Positions 1 through 9,931 are shown, counted from the first letter of the stretch. The stretch is 64,000 nt of DNA from Candidatus Sulfomarinibacteraceae bacterium (GCA_963796455.1 CAWCLO010000004.1:576001-640000); one strand, 5' to 3'. The notes: generated by a model from the letters alone, not told the origin. Numbers and translations are program-made.

Positions 1-427
1 CCGCCGCAACCCTCCTGCCGGCGAGCTCCGACATCTTCGTGTAGGAGACATCGGTGCCGCTGCGGCCCACCAGAACCAGCCGGTTCTCCAGATAAGCATC
101 GGAGAAGAAGAGGTCCCGAGCGCGTTTTTCGGTACGCCACATGGCGGCGCTGCCGTCGAATCGGGACTGGCGGATGCCGTTCTCGACCTCCCTCCATTCG
201 ACGATGGTGGTGGTGACGCTGATTCCGGCCCGCTCGAGGGCCGTTTGCACCAGCTCCACTGCGATCCGCTGGCGGTCTGTGCTGTCCGTAAATGGGGGCC
301 AGATGTCGGAGGCCAGGCGCAACTCCCGGGGCTCCTCCGCCATAAGGAAGGTAGGCAGGAGAGCGAACGACAAAATGATCGCGAGTGCGAGGCGCTGACG
401 GGGCGTTTCAAATCGAGTGGTGAACAT
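1..427 (-). CDS. Periplasmic substrate-binding protein (ABC-type SBP family 3-like), runs off the window edge
   Basis: Not in ORF track; manual translation MFTTRF...LALAIILSFALLPTFLMA-EEPRELRLASDIWPPF...WREVENGI...AAMWRTEKRARDLFFSDAYLENRLVLVGR; signal peptide; GAGG upstream of ATG 427. Confidence 0.8.
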   Translation of the reverse strand, partial: MFTTRFETPRQRLALAIILSFALLPTFLMAEEPRELRLASDIWPPFTDSTDRQRIAVELVQTALERAGISVTTTIVEWREVENGIRQSRFDGSAAMWRTEKRARDLFFSDAYLENRLVLVGRSGTDVSYTKMSELAGRRVAA

Positions 428-976
428 GGGTCGTTTCCTCCCGTCGCCCGGGCGACATTATGGCTAACGCATTACGGGCCGCAGGTCTTCCAGAGCTGTC
501 GCCCTTTGCGGGTGCCGAGTGCCAGTGCCGGCATTTTTCGTACGCATTGTATTACTGCAGCTGAACGAGGACCACACCACTCGTCTTTGTGGTGCAGGCG
601 TCTCGCCCGCATGATCCCGGCGCGCGGGCAGGAGTGCGGCCGAGACGGCCGCACCACAATGGCGCCGTCCGCCCCAATCAGTCATTCCAGAAGCGCGAAT
701 TCTTGAAAACCCAGCTGCGAAACGTCGGCAGAAAAAAGTTCCGGGCTCAGGTTATGTCGCCCCGCCGGCGTTTTCTCGCTGATTGCCGTTATGAGGTTCT
801 GATCGGTGGCACCCACGTTCACGTGCGAACAACGCTCGACGATCGCCTGATCACGTTCGACGATGGAGTTTCTACGCCCTATATTGTCCTGAGAAAGATC
901 ATTTCGAGGCACCTCGGTGTGGTTGTGGCGAACGATTGTCCGAGAAGGCCGAAAACACAGGTGGGGGCGAGCAGAA

Positions 977-1741
977 ATGACACGGAATCGAAGCGCACGT
1001 GTGGTGTCAGCGACGATCGCCGGTGTGCTGTCCATGCTGTCGGCAGGTGCGGTGGCGGCGAACTCGCTGTGGGCGGATGACTGCGTGTTCAGCTTCGACC
1101 CCCAAACGATACTTGAGACGACGGACACTCTCTGCGTCACGGGTGATATCGATACCGTCCCCCCGGGCCAGATCTTCCCGCGGGCGACCATTTATGTGGT
1201 GGACGTGATCTTCGGCGACACCTTCGAGACCGGAACCGGCTTCCAGTGGTCGTACTTCCAACCATTCTGCGGCACCCCTCATGTTGGTCTGCGGGTCGAG
1301 GTCACCTGGCAGACACCCGGCGATCCAGATGAGACCGACGATGTCGGGACCAACCTCGATCTGCACATCCTCCACCCGGATGCCGGGGGCACGTGGCTCT
1401 CTGCGCACGATTGTTACCGCAACAACCCGGCTCCCGATTGGGGTGTGGTTGGCGTCCATGAAAACGCGGTCGTCATCCTGATCGACGACGATGGCGCCGG
1501 CCCCGAGATTGTTCAACTCACCGATCCGCAGTCGGTGAGCTACGACGTCGGGGTCCACTACTTCGACGACCTCGCCTTCGGTCCCTCCATCGCCACGGTG
1601 AAAGTCTGGTTGAACGGCGTCCAGGTCTATGAATACCCTGGCAAAACGTTGATCGACGGGGAGTTCTGGCATCTCGGATCGGTGGCGTGGCCGGGCGGCG
1701 CCTTCACCGGGGTCGACACGGTCACCGCGGGGATACCCTGA
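977..1741 (+). CDS. Secreted protein with YfaP/DUF2135-like C-terminal domain and internal IFGDTFE...W motif
   Basis: Signal peptide; LRVEVTW...DLDLH-like (NLDLHI)...DDDGAGPEIV...YDVGVHYF pattern. Confidence 0.6.
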   Translation: MTRNRSARVVSATIAGVLSMLSAGAVAANSLWADDCVFSFDPQTILETTDTLCVTGDIDTVPPGQIFPRATIYVVDVIFGDTFETGTGFQWSYFQPFCGTPHVGLRVEVTWQTPGDPDETDDVGTNLDLHILHPDAGGTWLSAHDCYRNNPAPDWGVVGVHENAVVILIDDDGAGPEIVQLTDPQSVSYDVGVHYFDDLAFGPSIATVKVWLNGVQVYEYPGKTLIDGEFWHLGSVAWPGGAFTGVDTVTAGIP

Positions 1742-1790
1742 CTGGCTGATCACCGAATCGATATCCGCTCCAAGTTCGTTGCGTCGAACT

Positions 1791-2732
1791 TCAGGAAACT
1801 TTGTTCGAGAGGCGCACGGCGCGCCGGAAGAATTCCATCGGCGCTCGCGAAGAGTTCCAAGCAAAGGTGAACTCTTCGTGGCCTGGGGGCCCGGGAAAGG
1901 CGCGAACCTCGAGTTGATGGGCGTCGAGCCACAAGCGCTGTGACAGATCCTCGGGTTCGTAGGAGCGTTTGAGGCCGTACAGCGGATCGCCGAGGATCGG
2001 CAGTCCATCATGGGCGAGCTGGACCCGGATCTGGTGTTTGCGGCCGGTGGATGGCCGAACCCGGACAAGGGCGAGACCGTCTTCAACCGCCAAAACTTCG
2101 ATTTCGCAGCGGCAGTTTGGTGGCAGGTCCTGCCGCACCTCCTGCCGCCAGTACTCGTGTGGGCTGCGAGCGATGTGGTGGATAAGAGTGCATTTTCCGG
2201 ACGGCGAATCGCGCTGCAGTTCGCAAACCGCGGTATAGGCCTTTTCCACCAACGATCGCGGTTGGAAAAGACGCGCGAAATGCGAGCGGCTTGTTGGATC
2301 GAGTGACAGGAGCACCAGGCCCGACGTCAACCGGTCGAGGCGGTGGAGCGGCGCGATGTCCTCATTTCCCGTGGCTTCGACGAGGAGGTGGAGAAGACAA
2401 GCGGTGACCCAACGGCCACCGGGCGTTACCGGGAGGTTGGGTGGTTTGTCCACCACCATGAGATGCTGATCCGACCACAGCACCTGGAAATCCTCTCGCA
2501 CCGGCGGCTCGCGCTCGACCTCGCGTCGATAATGCACTTCCAGAAGTGGTTCGTAGGGCGTCTCGGTTCCGATCATTCTGCCGGCCGCCCAGATCTTGCC
2601 GGCGGCGAAGCGTTCGTACCAGGTTTCGCGGGTGATCCTGGGAAAGCGGTGGAGAAAGAAATCGAAGATCGTCCGCTCGCCCTGCGGCGGTCGCTCGGGC
2701 AGCCTGACAGTTGAGTGTCGTGCCGGTGCCAT
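1791..2732 (-). CDS. RluA-family pseudouridine synthase
   Basis: VVDKPPNL, HRLDRLTSG (catalytic Asp), TGRKHQIRV, PILGDPLYG motifs; start approximate. Confidence 0.92.
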   Translation of the reverse strand: MAPARHSTVRLPERPPQGERTIFDFFLHRFPRITRETWYERFAAGKIWAAGRMIGTETPYEPLLEVHYRREVEREPPVREDFQVLWSDQHLMVVDKPPNLPVTPGGRWVTACLLHLLVEATGNEDIAPLHRLDRLTSGLVLLSLDPTSRSHFARLFQPRSLVEKAYTAVCELQRDSPSGKCTLIHHIARSPHEYWRQEVRQDLPPNCRCEIEVLAVEDGLALVRVRPSTGRKHQIRVQLAHDGLPILGDPLYGLKRSYEPEDLSQRLWLDAHQLEVRAFPGPPGHEEFTFAWNSSRAPMEFFRRAVRLSNKVS

Positions 2733-2859
2733 ATTGACCATTGTTGCATTGTTGGAGGCGGCTGAAAACGCGCCCGGCACCGTGGTACCTTTGTCAAAAT
2801 CCAGAAGATCGCGTACGTGCATCGAGAGCACCAACAACACCGAAGAAGGAGATTGCAGC

Positions 2860-3822
2860 GTGAAAATACATCCAGGGCTCTTGTGCGGTTTGATAGTCGC
2901 GGTGGCCTTGACCGGAATTGGTCAGGACGGCTTTGCCGAGGAGTGCGCGCCGTCTCGCTGGGGTGTGGACGACCAAATCGGGGCTGCCAACCATGTTTCT
3001 CCTGAACAGGTATTGATGGCGGTCAAACTGGTCAAAAAGGGGCAATCCCACCCATTGGGTATCGTGGTCGATCCGAAAATGCCGGCCTATCCGCCCCGCT
3101 CCTTCTCCCTCCAGATCGTGCAGCCGGGTCAGCACAACGGCCGTAGCCTGGTCCAGGACCTCGGTTGGGATGCCTCCTACAACGACGATATGGCCCAGCT
3201 GTGGTTTGGCATCGGTCCGCAGCTCGATGGCCTCGGCCATATGGGTGAGGCCGGCGTCTATTACAACTGCAACAAGGCGGTCGATTTCATCGATATCTCG
3301 GGTTTGAAAAAACTCGGTACGGATAAGGTGCCGCCATTGGTCGGTCGCGGAGTGTTGCTCGATATGACCCGTTTTTTTGGCGTCGCCAACATGGCCTCGG
3401 GCCAGGCCATCACCTCGGCAGACCTCAAAGCTGCAGCCAAGGCTCAGGGTGTGAAGATCCGCCAGGGTGACGTGGTCTTGCTGCACACCGGTTGGACCGA
3501 CGCCATGCTGAGCTCGAACCCCGAGGCCTGGGCGGCGGGGGAGCCGGGCCTGACGAATGAGGCCGCCGCCTACCTCGCCTCACTCGATCCGATGGCAGTG
3601 GGTGCCGACACCTGGGGTGTCGAAGTCATTCCACCGGTGGAGGGCGACCGGCCTTTTTACGGCCATATCGAATTCCTGAAAAAGAAGGGCATCTACATCC
3701 TGGAAACAATGAATACCGGTCGCCTCGCCAAAGAGGAGGTCCAGGAATTCATGTTCGTTTTGGGTCAGGCCCGCATCAAGGGCACGGTGCAGATGATCAT
3801 CAACCCCGTGGCTCTTTGGTAA
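2860..3822 (+). CDS. Secreted cyclase-family (kynurenine formamidase-like) metal hydrolase
   Basis: RWGxDDQIGAAN, QLDGLGH, GRGVLLD, GDVVLLHTGW, VGADTWGVE; signal peptide; AAGGAGA RBS before GTG. Confidence 0.85.
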   Translation: MKIHPGLLCGLIVAVALTGIGQDGFAEECAPSRWGVDDQIGAANHVSPEQVLMAVKLVKKGQSHPLGIVVDPKMPAYPPRSFSLQIVQPGQHNGRSLVQDLGWDASYNDDMAQLWFGIGPQLDGLGHMGEAGVYYNCNKAVDFIDISGLKKLGTDKVPPLVGRGVLLDMTRFFGVANMASGQAITSADLKAAAKAQGVKIRQGDVVLLHTGWTDAMLSSNPEAWAAGEPGLTNEAAAYLASLDPMAVGADTWGVEVIPPVEGDRPFYGHIEFLKKKGIYILETMNTGRLAKEEVQEFMFVLGQARIKGTVQMIINPVALW

Positions 3823-3886
3823 AGGACTTGTCAGCAATTACCAGGGGGCCACTCAAAGCAGTTTGGCAAAACCGGGGAAGCGATTG

Positions 3887-4099
3887 ATGCGAGAACCTTC
3901 ATGTGATCGCGGGGGCCGGGCCATTCTCTTCGATTGGGGCGACACCCTGATGAGGGTTTTTCCGGAGTACGACGGCCCTATGTATGCGTGGCCGCGCGTG
4001 GAGGCAGTCGAAGGAACCGCGGAGAAGACCGCCGCCATGTACCGGACAATACACGGTATGCCTGAATTGCCGGTGGCATTGGAACTATTGCTGAAGTAG
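3887..4099 (+). pseudogene. Internally deleted HAD-family hydrolase remnant
   Basis: HAD motif-I-like AILFDWGDTL followed almost directly by a C-terminal-looking YRTIHGMPELPVAL; only 70 aa. Confidence 0.55.
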
Positions 4100-4430
4100 C
4101 GTCCGTCGAGTTTCGAGCGCCTGATTGTGATCCGAGAATCCATGACCCCGCCATTCATCCTCATGATAAAATTAGCCTTGTAAGTTTTGAGATAATAGTT
4201 ATGAGGGTGAGAACCATTCCGACATCCTCGGTTTCTCTTTTTGTGAATCCGAGTTCGATGTTTGGCGTGCGGTCGCACGACTGCTGCGCTCCGAGATGGT
4301 ACGCGGCCCGTCCCCGACATCCGTCGAGGGACCGATGAATGACGGTCGGACAGGTCTCCGGATCGAGATTGATTTCGGCCACGAACTCCGCGGATGTCTG
4401 GTCACCGACGCGGAATGCAAAGGAGGAAGA

Positions 4431-5024
4431 ATGTTGCAGCACCACCGATTAATGGCTGGAGGTCGAATCCTTTTGATGGCGTGCATGTTCGCTGTCGCCC
4501 TGAGCTTCGGTCCGGCAAGCGGCGCCTGGGCTCAGGACGGTTTCACTTCACCACTGATCATCCCGGCGGCCGAATTCGAATCATCGGGAGTGGGTTCTTT
4601 CGGTACGCTCGATCGATTCTCGAACACCCATGGGTATGTCTACGCAGTATCGGACGAACTGGCCTGTGTCATGGCACCCGTCTATCTTCCCAACGGAGCA
4701 ACCATCACCAGATTTGAAGCAGCGATGTCCGATCTGGTTTCCTACAATCCCGGTTCAACCTCGACCTGCCCCAGGTTCTATCCAGATGTTGAAGTGGATC
4801 TGATCTCGAACCAGATGGACGACAATCTCTACCCCCAGGACACCAGTGTCATCACCCACGCCAGTGTCGCATCCAATCTGAACACCGGCCAGACCCATAT
4901 CGTCAGTGACACCTCCATCGCGACCCCGAATGTCAACAACCTTCAGCAGATTTACTGGGTGCGGGTGTACGTCTGCGGTCTGTTCCAGGGCTTCCAGGGC
5001 GTGCGGATCCACTACGAGGAGTAG
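4431..5024 (+). CDS. Secreted protein, one copy of an uncharacterised ~140-aa beta-rich domain
   Basis: AGGAGG RBS; signal peptide; IPAAEF...APVYLPNGATIT...VNN...YWVRV...VRIHYE. Confidence 0.75.
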   Translation: MLQHHRLMAGGRILLMACMFAVALSFGPASGAWAQDGFTSPLIIPAAEFESSGVGSFGTLDRFSNTHGYVYAVSDELACVMAPVYLPNGATITRFEAAMSDLVSYNPGSTSTCPRFYPDVEVDLISNQMDDNLYPQDTSVITHASVASNLNTGQTHIVSDTSIATPNVNNLQQIYWVRVYVCGLFQGFQGVRIHYEE

Positions 5025-5028
5025 AGAG

Positions 5029-6285
5029 ATGAATAGAAAATCCATCTGCACCATCGTCACCGCCTCGATAGCCGCATTGCTGCTTTGCCTGCCGACGGCC
5101 GTGGCCGAAACAAATTCGCTCATGATTCCCGCCGCCGCTTTTTCGGCCGACGGAACAAACCAATTTGCCTATATCAACTACGGTGATTCTCTCGAGACCG
5201 GTACGACTCTTCACTTCCACGCCTGGGTCAAGTTGCCCAATGCGGCAACCATCACCAACGTCGACATGATGACCCTCGACGAAGACTCAGCCACCATCAC
5301 GGGTTATCTCAAACGAACAAAATTCGGTGTCGACAGCGGCACCGAAACACTCCTGACCTTTACCTCTCCAGGGAATATCGGCTGTTCGACCTCCGGTCTC
5401 TGCCACGACATGGAATCGCTCCTCGACATCAGGGTGGACGCCGCCAACTACGCCTACTGGTTCGACCTCGTCGTGCCGGACGCTGACGGTTCACCACCAA
5501 CCGAAAACGACCTCGCGTTCTATGCGCTTCGAATCATGTACGACTACGAAGACATGATTTTCAGTGACACATTCGAGTCGAGCGACGCCAGCATGTGGAC
5601 ATTGCAAACTGGTGGGAAGTCCGGGTTGAGTACGGCTGAGGAGATCCCGAAGGCAAAACCCATCACCGTCGACGGGCCCGTGGACGAACAGCGACTGGCG
5701 ATGTTCGAAAGTGCTCTGGCGATCAAAGACCCCCGCGCCCGGGATGCGCTCGAGAACGCCCTCCTGGGCAAAGCGGGCTACGGCAGCCCGTATATCATTC
5801 CTGGTCCGGCCTTCAAGACCCAGGGTTACACCGACTACGACACCTACTATTTCAGTGAATCCTATGGCTTTGTCTACGGACGGCCCGGCGATGAAGACGG
5901 TACGAATCTGACGGCGCCGGTGAACCTCCCCAACGGTGCTCAGATTTCCTGGTTCTTTGCTTTGTATGTCGACTCGGTCAGGTTTGGGTTCCAGGAAGAC
6001 ATCCGCTTCTGGCTGTCGCGAATGGACGCCACCGATATCATCCCAACCGACAACATGGTCTATGAAGTGACTTCGGGCCGCAGTACGGCAATCGAGTCAA
6101 TAGCGGTGGACGACGATGATATGGAAGCGGCGGTCCCGGGTTCGACCGATGTCAACAACGACAGATACAGTTACTGGGTCACGCTCGACGTGGGCGCCTA
6201 CGACGTGAGCCCCCCGGATCCGTATTCCGACGAGGAGTGGTGGCACAAGGTCTACGCGATCATGATTCTCTACACCATGCCTTGA
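5029..6285 (+). CDS. Secreted protein with two copies of the same domain, linked by IFSDTFESSDASMW
   Basis: Signal peptide; IPAAAF...VKLPNAATIT...YAYWF...LRIMY and IPGPAF...VNLPNGAQIS...YSYWV...IMILY. Confidence 0.8.
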   Translation: MNRKSICTIVTASIAALLLCLPTAVAETNSLMIPAAAFSADGTNQFAYINYGDSLETGTTLHFHAWVKLPNAATITNVDMMTLDEDSATITGYLKRTKFGVDSGTETLLTFTSPGNIGCSTSGLCHDMESLLDIRVDAANYAYWFDLVVPDADGSPPTENDLAFYALRIMYDYEDMIFSDTFESSDASMWTLQTGGKSGLSTAEEIPKAKPITVDGPVDEQRLAMFESALAIKDPRARDALENALLGKAGYGSPYIIPGPAFKTQGYTDYDTYYFSESYGFVYGRPGDEDGTNLTAPVNLPNGAQISWFFALYVDSVRFGFQEDIRFWLSRMDATDIIPTDNMVYEVTSGRSTAIESIAVDDDDMEAAVPGSTDVNNDRYSYWVTLDVGAYDVSPPDPYSDEEWWHKVYAIMILYTMP

Positions 6286-6380
6286 TCGGACCTTCGGAGC
6301 CTTCGCGCTTCCCGAGACCGAATGAGGTTTATGGCCCGCAAACCAGGTTGCGGCGCTTCCGCCGGACCACAACCACCGAT

Positions 6381-6410
6381 CCCCCGGCTCTGCCGGGGGG
6401 TTCTTTCGTT
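6381..6410 (+). terminator. Probable intrinsic terminator
   Basis: CCCCCGGC-TCT-GCCGGGGG hairpin followed by TTCTTTCGTT. Confidence 0.7.
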
Positions 6411-6494
6411 TCTGAATTTTCCCGGGCCTCGGTCGTAGGGTTATGATCAACGGAGCCTTTGCAGAACCCACGACCGAAAGCAGGAGGAAAACCA

Positions 6495-6683
6495 ATGGTT
6501 GACGATCCGGACAAAGAGAAAACGAAGAAACGACCTGGCAGTATGCTTGGAGTCGGCGTCGCGATCGGAGCGGGAGTTGGTGCTGCACTGGGCGTGGCGC
6601 TCGACAATATCGCAATGGGGGTCGGCCTTGGAGCCGGTCTAGGCGTTGCTCTCGGCGCTGCTTTTGATAAGTTTCGGGCGTGA
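6495..6683 (+). CDS. Small glycine-zipper membrane protein
   Basis: AGGAGG RBS; GVGVAIGAGVGAALGVALDNIAMGVGLGAGLGVALG. Confidence 0.8.
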   Translation: MVDDPDKEKTKKRPGSMLGVGVAIGAGVGAALGVALDNIAMGVGLGAGLGVALGAAFDKFRA

Positions 6684-6812
6684 ATTGTCCACAATGGTAT
6701 GGGTTTTTTGCAGCACCGAAGCGATAGTGCTGATCAGGGGGATCGTTTTTTCTCCATCCTGTAGGACGAGATGGAGAAACGAAGTCGGGGAATCTCTCTG
6801 AACGGCGGTCGT

Positions 6813-7253
6813 TCAATGAAAACGACCGAGTCGCCGGTCGAGCATGAGGCTGGCTGTGAATGCGCCGCAGCAGGCTGCAACCACGGCCAGGATTTCTCCT
6901 CGGAGCCCGGTCGCAATCTCTGAACTCACGATCAGGTCGCCATATGCGGCCCAGCACATGGTCACAGCGACAATGCAGACGACACTCGAGAGGACGATCG
7001 CTGTCCCGGCCAACCATTTTTCCAGAAGACTCTCCGCCGGTCGCAGTACACCGGATTCCTCGGCCACGCGCACCGCGAAATCGGCCGGCAGCGGCACAAG
7101 CTCCTCGATTTCTTTGAGACGGCGGTGGAGATCGAGATACTCCTCGACCTGAGGTCGAGCTGTAGGAGGGGTCATTTCCTCGAACTCCTCGGGACCGAGA
7201 TCGACCAGTTCGTGCAATTTCTCTTGAATCTCATCGTCGCTCCAGGTGGTCAT
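6813..7253 (-). CDS. Putative membrane anti-sigma factor
   Basis: Overlaps the ECF sigma stop; cytoplasmic N-terminus, LPADFAVRV, two TM helices. Confidence 0.65.
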   Translation of the reverse strand: MTTWSDDEIQEKLHELVDLGPEEFEEMTPPTARPQVEEYLDLHRRLKEIEELVPLPADFAVRVAEESGVLRPAESLLEKWLAGTAIVLSSVVCIVAVTMCWAAYGDLIVSSEIATGLRGEILAVVAACCGAFTASLMLDRRLGRFH

Positions 7254-7789
7254 TCGATCCTCCGTTTCAATATCTGACGGGCGCGAAAGAGGTGGCTTTT
7301 CACCGTGCCTGCTGGCATTGACAGGATGGCCGCAATCTCGGCAACGGACATCTCCTCCAGGTAGTACAGCCTGACGATTTCGCGGCCGGGTTCGGGTAGT
7401 TCGTCGACGACACTTAGCACCTGACGGGTGATGAGTCTTGGTTCTGCGGACGACGATTCGGTTGCTGCGATGTCCGTCGACTGGTGGTGAGCCGACGAGA
7501 GGGAATCGGTGAGCTTCTCCTCCTTCACAGCGCGCCTCCTGATGTGATTGAGTGTCACATTGCGCGCCACCCGCGCGATCCAGGCCTTGAGTGATCCGTT
7601 CTCGAAGGTGTGGAGCTTCTGGTGCACCCTCAGAAAGACCTCCTGGCAGAGCTCCTCCTGATCAGCCGGGTTGTGCACGAATCCTCCGACCACATGAAAG
7701 ACGAGTCCCTGATAACGGCGCACCAAGGTCACGAACGGTGCGGGTTGACCCCGTAACACTCCTTCCACGAGTTGGCGTTCGTCGTCCAC
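7250..7789 (-). CDS. ECF RNA polymerase sigma factor
   Basis: Region 2 (EELCQEVFLRV...SLKAWIARVARN) and region 4 (MSVAEIA...GTVKSHLFRAR); start approximate (GTG 7789). Confidence 0.92.
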   Translation of the reverse strand: MDDERQLVEGVLRGQPAPFVTLVRRYQGLVFHVVGGFVHNPADQEELCQEVFLRVHQKLHTFENGSLKAWIARVARNVTLNHIRRRAVKEEKLTDSLSSAHHQSTDIAATESSSAEPRLITRQVLSVVDELPEPGREIVRLYYLEEMSVAEIAAILSMPAGTVKSHLFRARQILKRRIE

Positions 7790-7797
7790 ATCTATAG

Positions 7798-7864
7798 ATA
7801 ACACCGTCAGGGAGCGTTTGGTTGCACCACTGTTTTGCAACCGCCGGTCCATTTGATGTGTCTT
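7798..7864. promoter_or_regulatory. Back-to-back ECF-type promoters
   Basis: Plus strand GCAACC(7837-7842)-N17-GTCTT; minus strand GCAACC(7825-7820)-N17-GTTAT. Confidence 0.6.
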
Positions 7865-7913
7865 ATGCCCCGACAGCGAAAAAATGGCTGAATCAAAAAC
7901 AGGAGGCACGGAC

Positions 7914-8258
7914 ATGACAGGCGGAGATATTTTCATGATCGTCGGGGCCCTCGCCCCGGTCATTCTCATCATTGGAATCATCAAGGTGGTCTCGGACAAC
8001 GTGACGCGGCGGCGGGCCATCGAGGCGGGCGGGTCCGGTGAAGCGATTCGTGAGCTCTTTCGCCGCCATCGTCTGCTCGAAGGGCAGGAGGCGCTCAAGT
8101 TCGGTCTGATTCTGGCGTCGATCGGGACGGCCCTCATGATCATCGAATGGACCGGAATGGAGGTCGCGAGCGCCGGGGCTCTCGGTCTGATCTTCCTGTT
8201 TCCAGGCCTCGCGCTTGTTGCGTTCCACCAGTTCACGCGGCCGGGTGGGGGAGAGTGA
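7914..8258 (+). CDS. Small 3-TM membrane protein (DUF6249-like)
   Basis: AGGAGG RBS; TM, RRRAIEAG, ALKFGLILASIG, TM; divergent from ECF sigma. Confidence 0.65.
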   Translation: MTGGDIFMIVGALAPVILIIGIIKVVSDNVTRRRAIEAGGSGEAIRELFRRHRLLEGQEALKFGLILASIGTALMIIEWTGMEVASAGALGLIFLFPGLALVAFHQFTRPGGGE

Positions 8259-8260
8259 CG

Positions 8261-9706
8261 ATGCGATATCCGGCGGTGTTGTTGGTAATGCTTGCCGCAG
8301 TCTGTCAGGGCTCAGCTCAGGCGACAGAGGCGGCCGATCGGTGCCAGGAAGTCGAGAAACAACTCGCTTCTCCGGGATCCTGTGGCCAAACCGGAAAAGA
8401 CCTGGCGCGCCTGCTTCAAGGCTACGCCGGATTCGGATTTTCCGGTGCAGTTCTTGTTGCCCGCGGTGAAAAGATACTCTTGCACGAAGCCTATGGCCTG
8501 GCCGACAGCGATACCGGTCGGGCAAATCTCGTCACCACCAGGTTTCCGTTGCTCTCCATCACAAAGACAATGGTGGCAACGGGCTTGTTGCACCTGGCAG
8601 ACGAAAAGAAACTCGACCTGGAGAGCCCGATCTCGACTTATCTCGGAGAGTTCCCGGAGGAAAAATCCGCCGCCACGACCCACGACCTCCTGACGCACAC
8701 TGCCGGTTTGATTCAAGAGGGATACAGCACTCGGAGCGCGCTGCGGGACGAGTTTATTGTCAACGTGAAAAATGCCCCATTCGAGACCGCTCCTGGAGAG
8801 AGCTGGCGTTATTCCAACGCGGCCTACAGCCTCGCCGCGGCGCTGATCGAAGTGGTGTCGGGAACGACCTGGGAGGCGTACCTGTCCGAGACCGAATTCA
8901 AACCCGCCGGGATGCAAAGCGCAGCGGTTCTTCGCGGTGTTTTTCCTGCTGATGTCGCCTCCGGCCATCGCGGTGACGCCATCAATCGAAGGGTGATGAA
9001 CTTCAGTGATGCCCCGCCGTACGTCAGCGAACTCTGGTGGGGTGCTGCGGGAGCCACGGGTGTGGTCTGCACGGTCGCAGATCTCTATCGATGGTTGAAC
9101 GCCCTCGCCCAGAATCGACTCATCTCAGAAGAAAGCCGCGAGCGATTGATGACCGCTCATATTCGAGACCAGGGTTACGGCGTTCATGTCGACGAAATCG
9201 AGGGGAGCCTTCGCATCTGGAAGGGCGGGGGAGCTCCGAATTACGAGACTCAGATGGCGTGGTATCCGGATGATGACACCATCGTCGTGATCGCCATGAA
9301 CGATCATGTTGGGTGGAGGGTGCCCGTCTGGTCGGCGATCGAGGGTTTGCTTTTCAATAACGAGTTGGTGCCGCTCCCCGAGGTCCTTGACTCAATCGGC
9401 ACCACGGTCAAACCTCCCGTCGGTAGCTTCCGTACGTCTGCCGGAGAAGAAGTTCGTTTCGTTTTCGAGTCGGGTCTTTTTGTTTACGAACCCGTCGCAA
9501 TTGCCGAGGAAAGCACCCTTCCGCAAAAACCCCTTGTGATGAAGCAACTGAAGGAAGGCGGTTTTGCGGGAATCGAGGTCGTGGCTGCCCGACCTGAAAC
9601 GCCGGTGACCCGGTTGCGGATCGAAAAGGGGAACCCCAGTCTGGTGCTGCCGGATGGAACGGTGATCAAACTGATCCCGGCCGGCGGCTCTCCCGAAGAA
9701 GGCTGA
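8261..9706 (+). CDS. Secreted serine hydrolase (beta-lactamase/AmpC-like family)
   Basis: FSGAVLVA, SITK (SxxK), LLTHTAG, YSN motifs; signal peptide. Confidence 0.9.
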   Translation: MRYPAVLLVMLAAVCQGSAQATEAADRCQEVEKQLASPGSCGQTGKDLARLLQGYAGFGFSGAVLVARGEKILLHEAYGLADSDTGRANLVTTRFPLLSITKTMVATGLLHLADEKKLDLESPISTYLGEFPEEKSAATTHDLLTHTAGLIQEGYSTRSALRDEFIVNVKNAPFETAPGESWRYSNAAYSLAAALIEVVSGTTWEAYLSETEFKPAGMQSAAVLRGVFPADVASGHRGDAINRRVMNFSDAPPYVSELWWGAAGATGVVCTVADLYRWLNALAQNRLISEESRERLMTAHIRDQGYGVHVDEIEGSLRIWKGGGAPNYETQMAWYPDDDTIVVIAMNDHVGWRVPVWSAIEGLLFNNELVPLPEVLDSIGTTVKPPVGSFRTSAGEEVRFVFESGLFVYEPVAIAEESTLPQKPLVMKQLKEGGFAGIEVVAARPETPVTRLRIEKGNPSLVLPDGTVIKLIPAGGSPEEG

Positions 9707-9931
9707 GCGTTTCGAAACCCGGGCCGAACGGGCCACCCCTGATGCAATTCGAAAACCGTTTGCATTGACATTGTTTTGAGATCATGTCTTAATAATGAAA
9801 TCGAGACTCCGAACAAAAATTGACCGCAATGGCGCCAGGTTTGTGTGCGCGGTGTTTCGCGCATTGATGGCTCGAGAATCAAGACTTGGAAACCGGGGCG
9901 CCACCGCCGCGACGAAGGAAAGGATTTCAAA

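Noticed and set aside
788..814. TAAC/GTTA ends and a GGTGC start suggesting integron attC or dif sites
   Set aside because: No RYYYAAC...GTTRRRY pairing around co-oriented cassettes, no XerD arm (TTATGTTAAAT-like) and no integrase in the window
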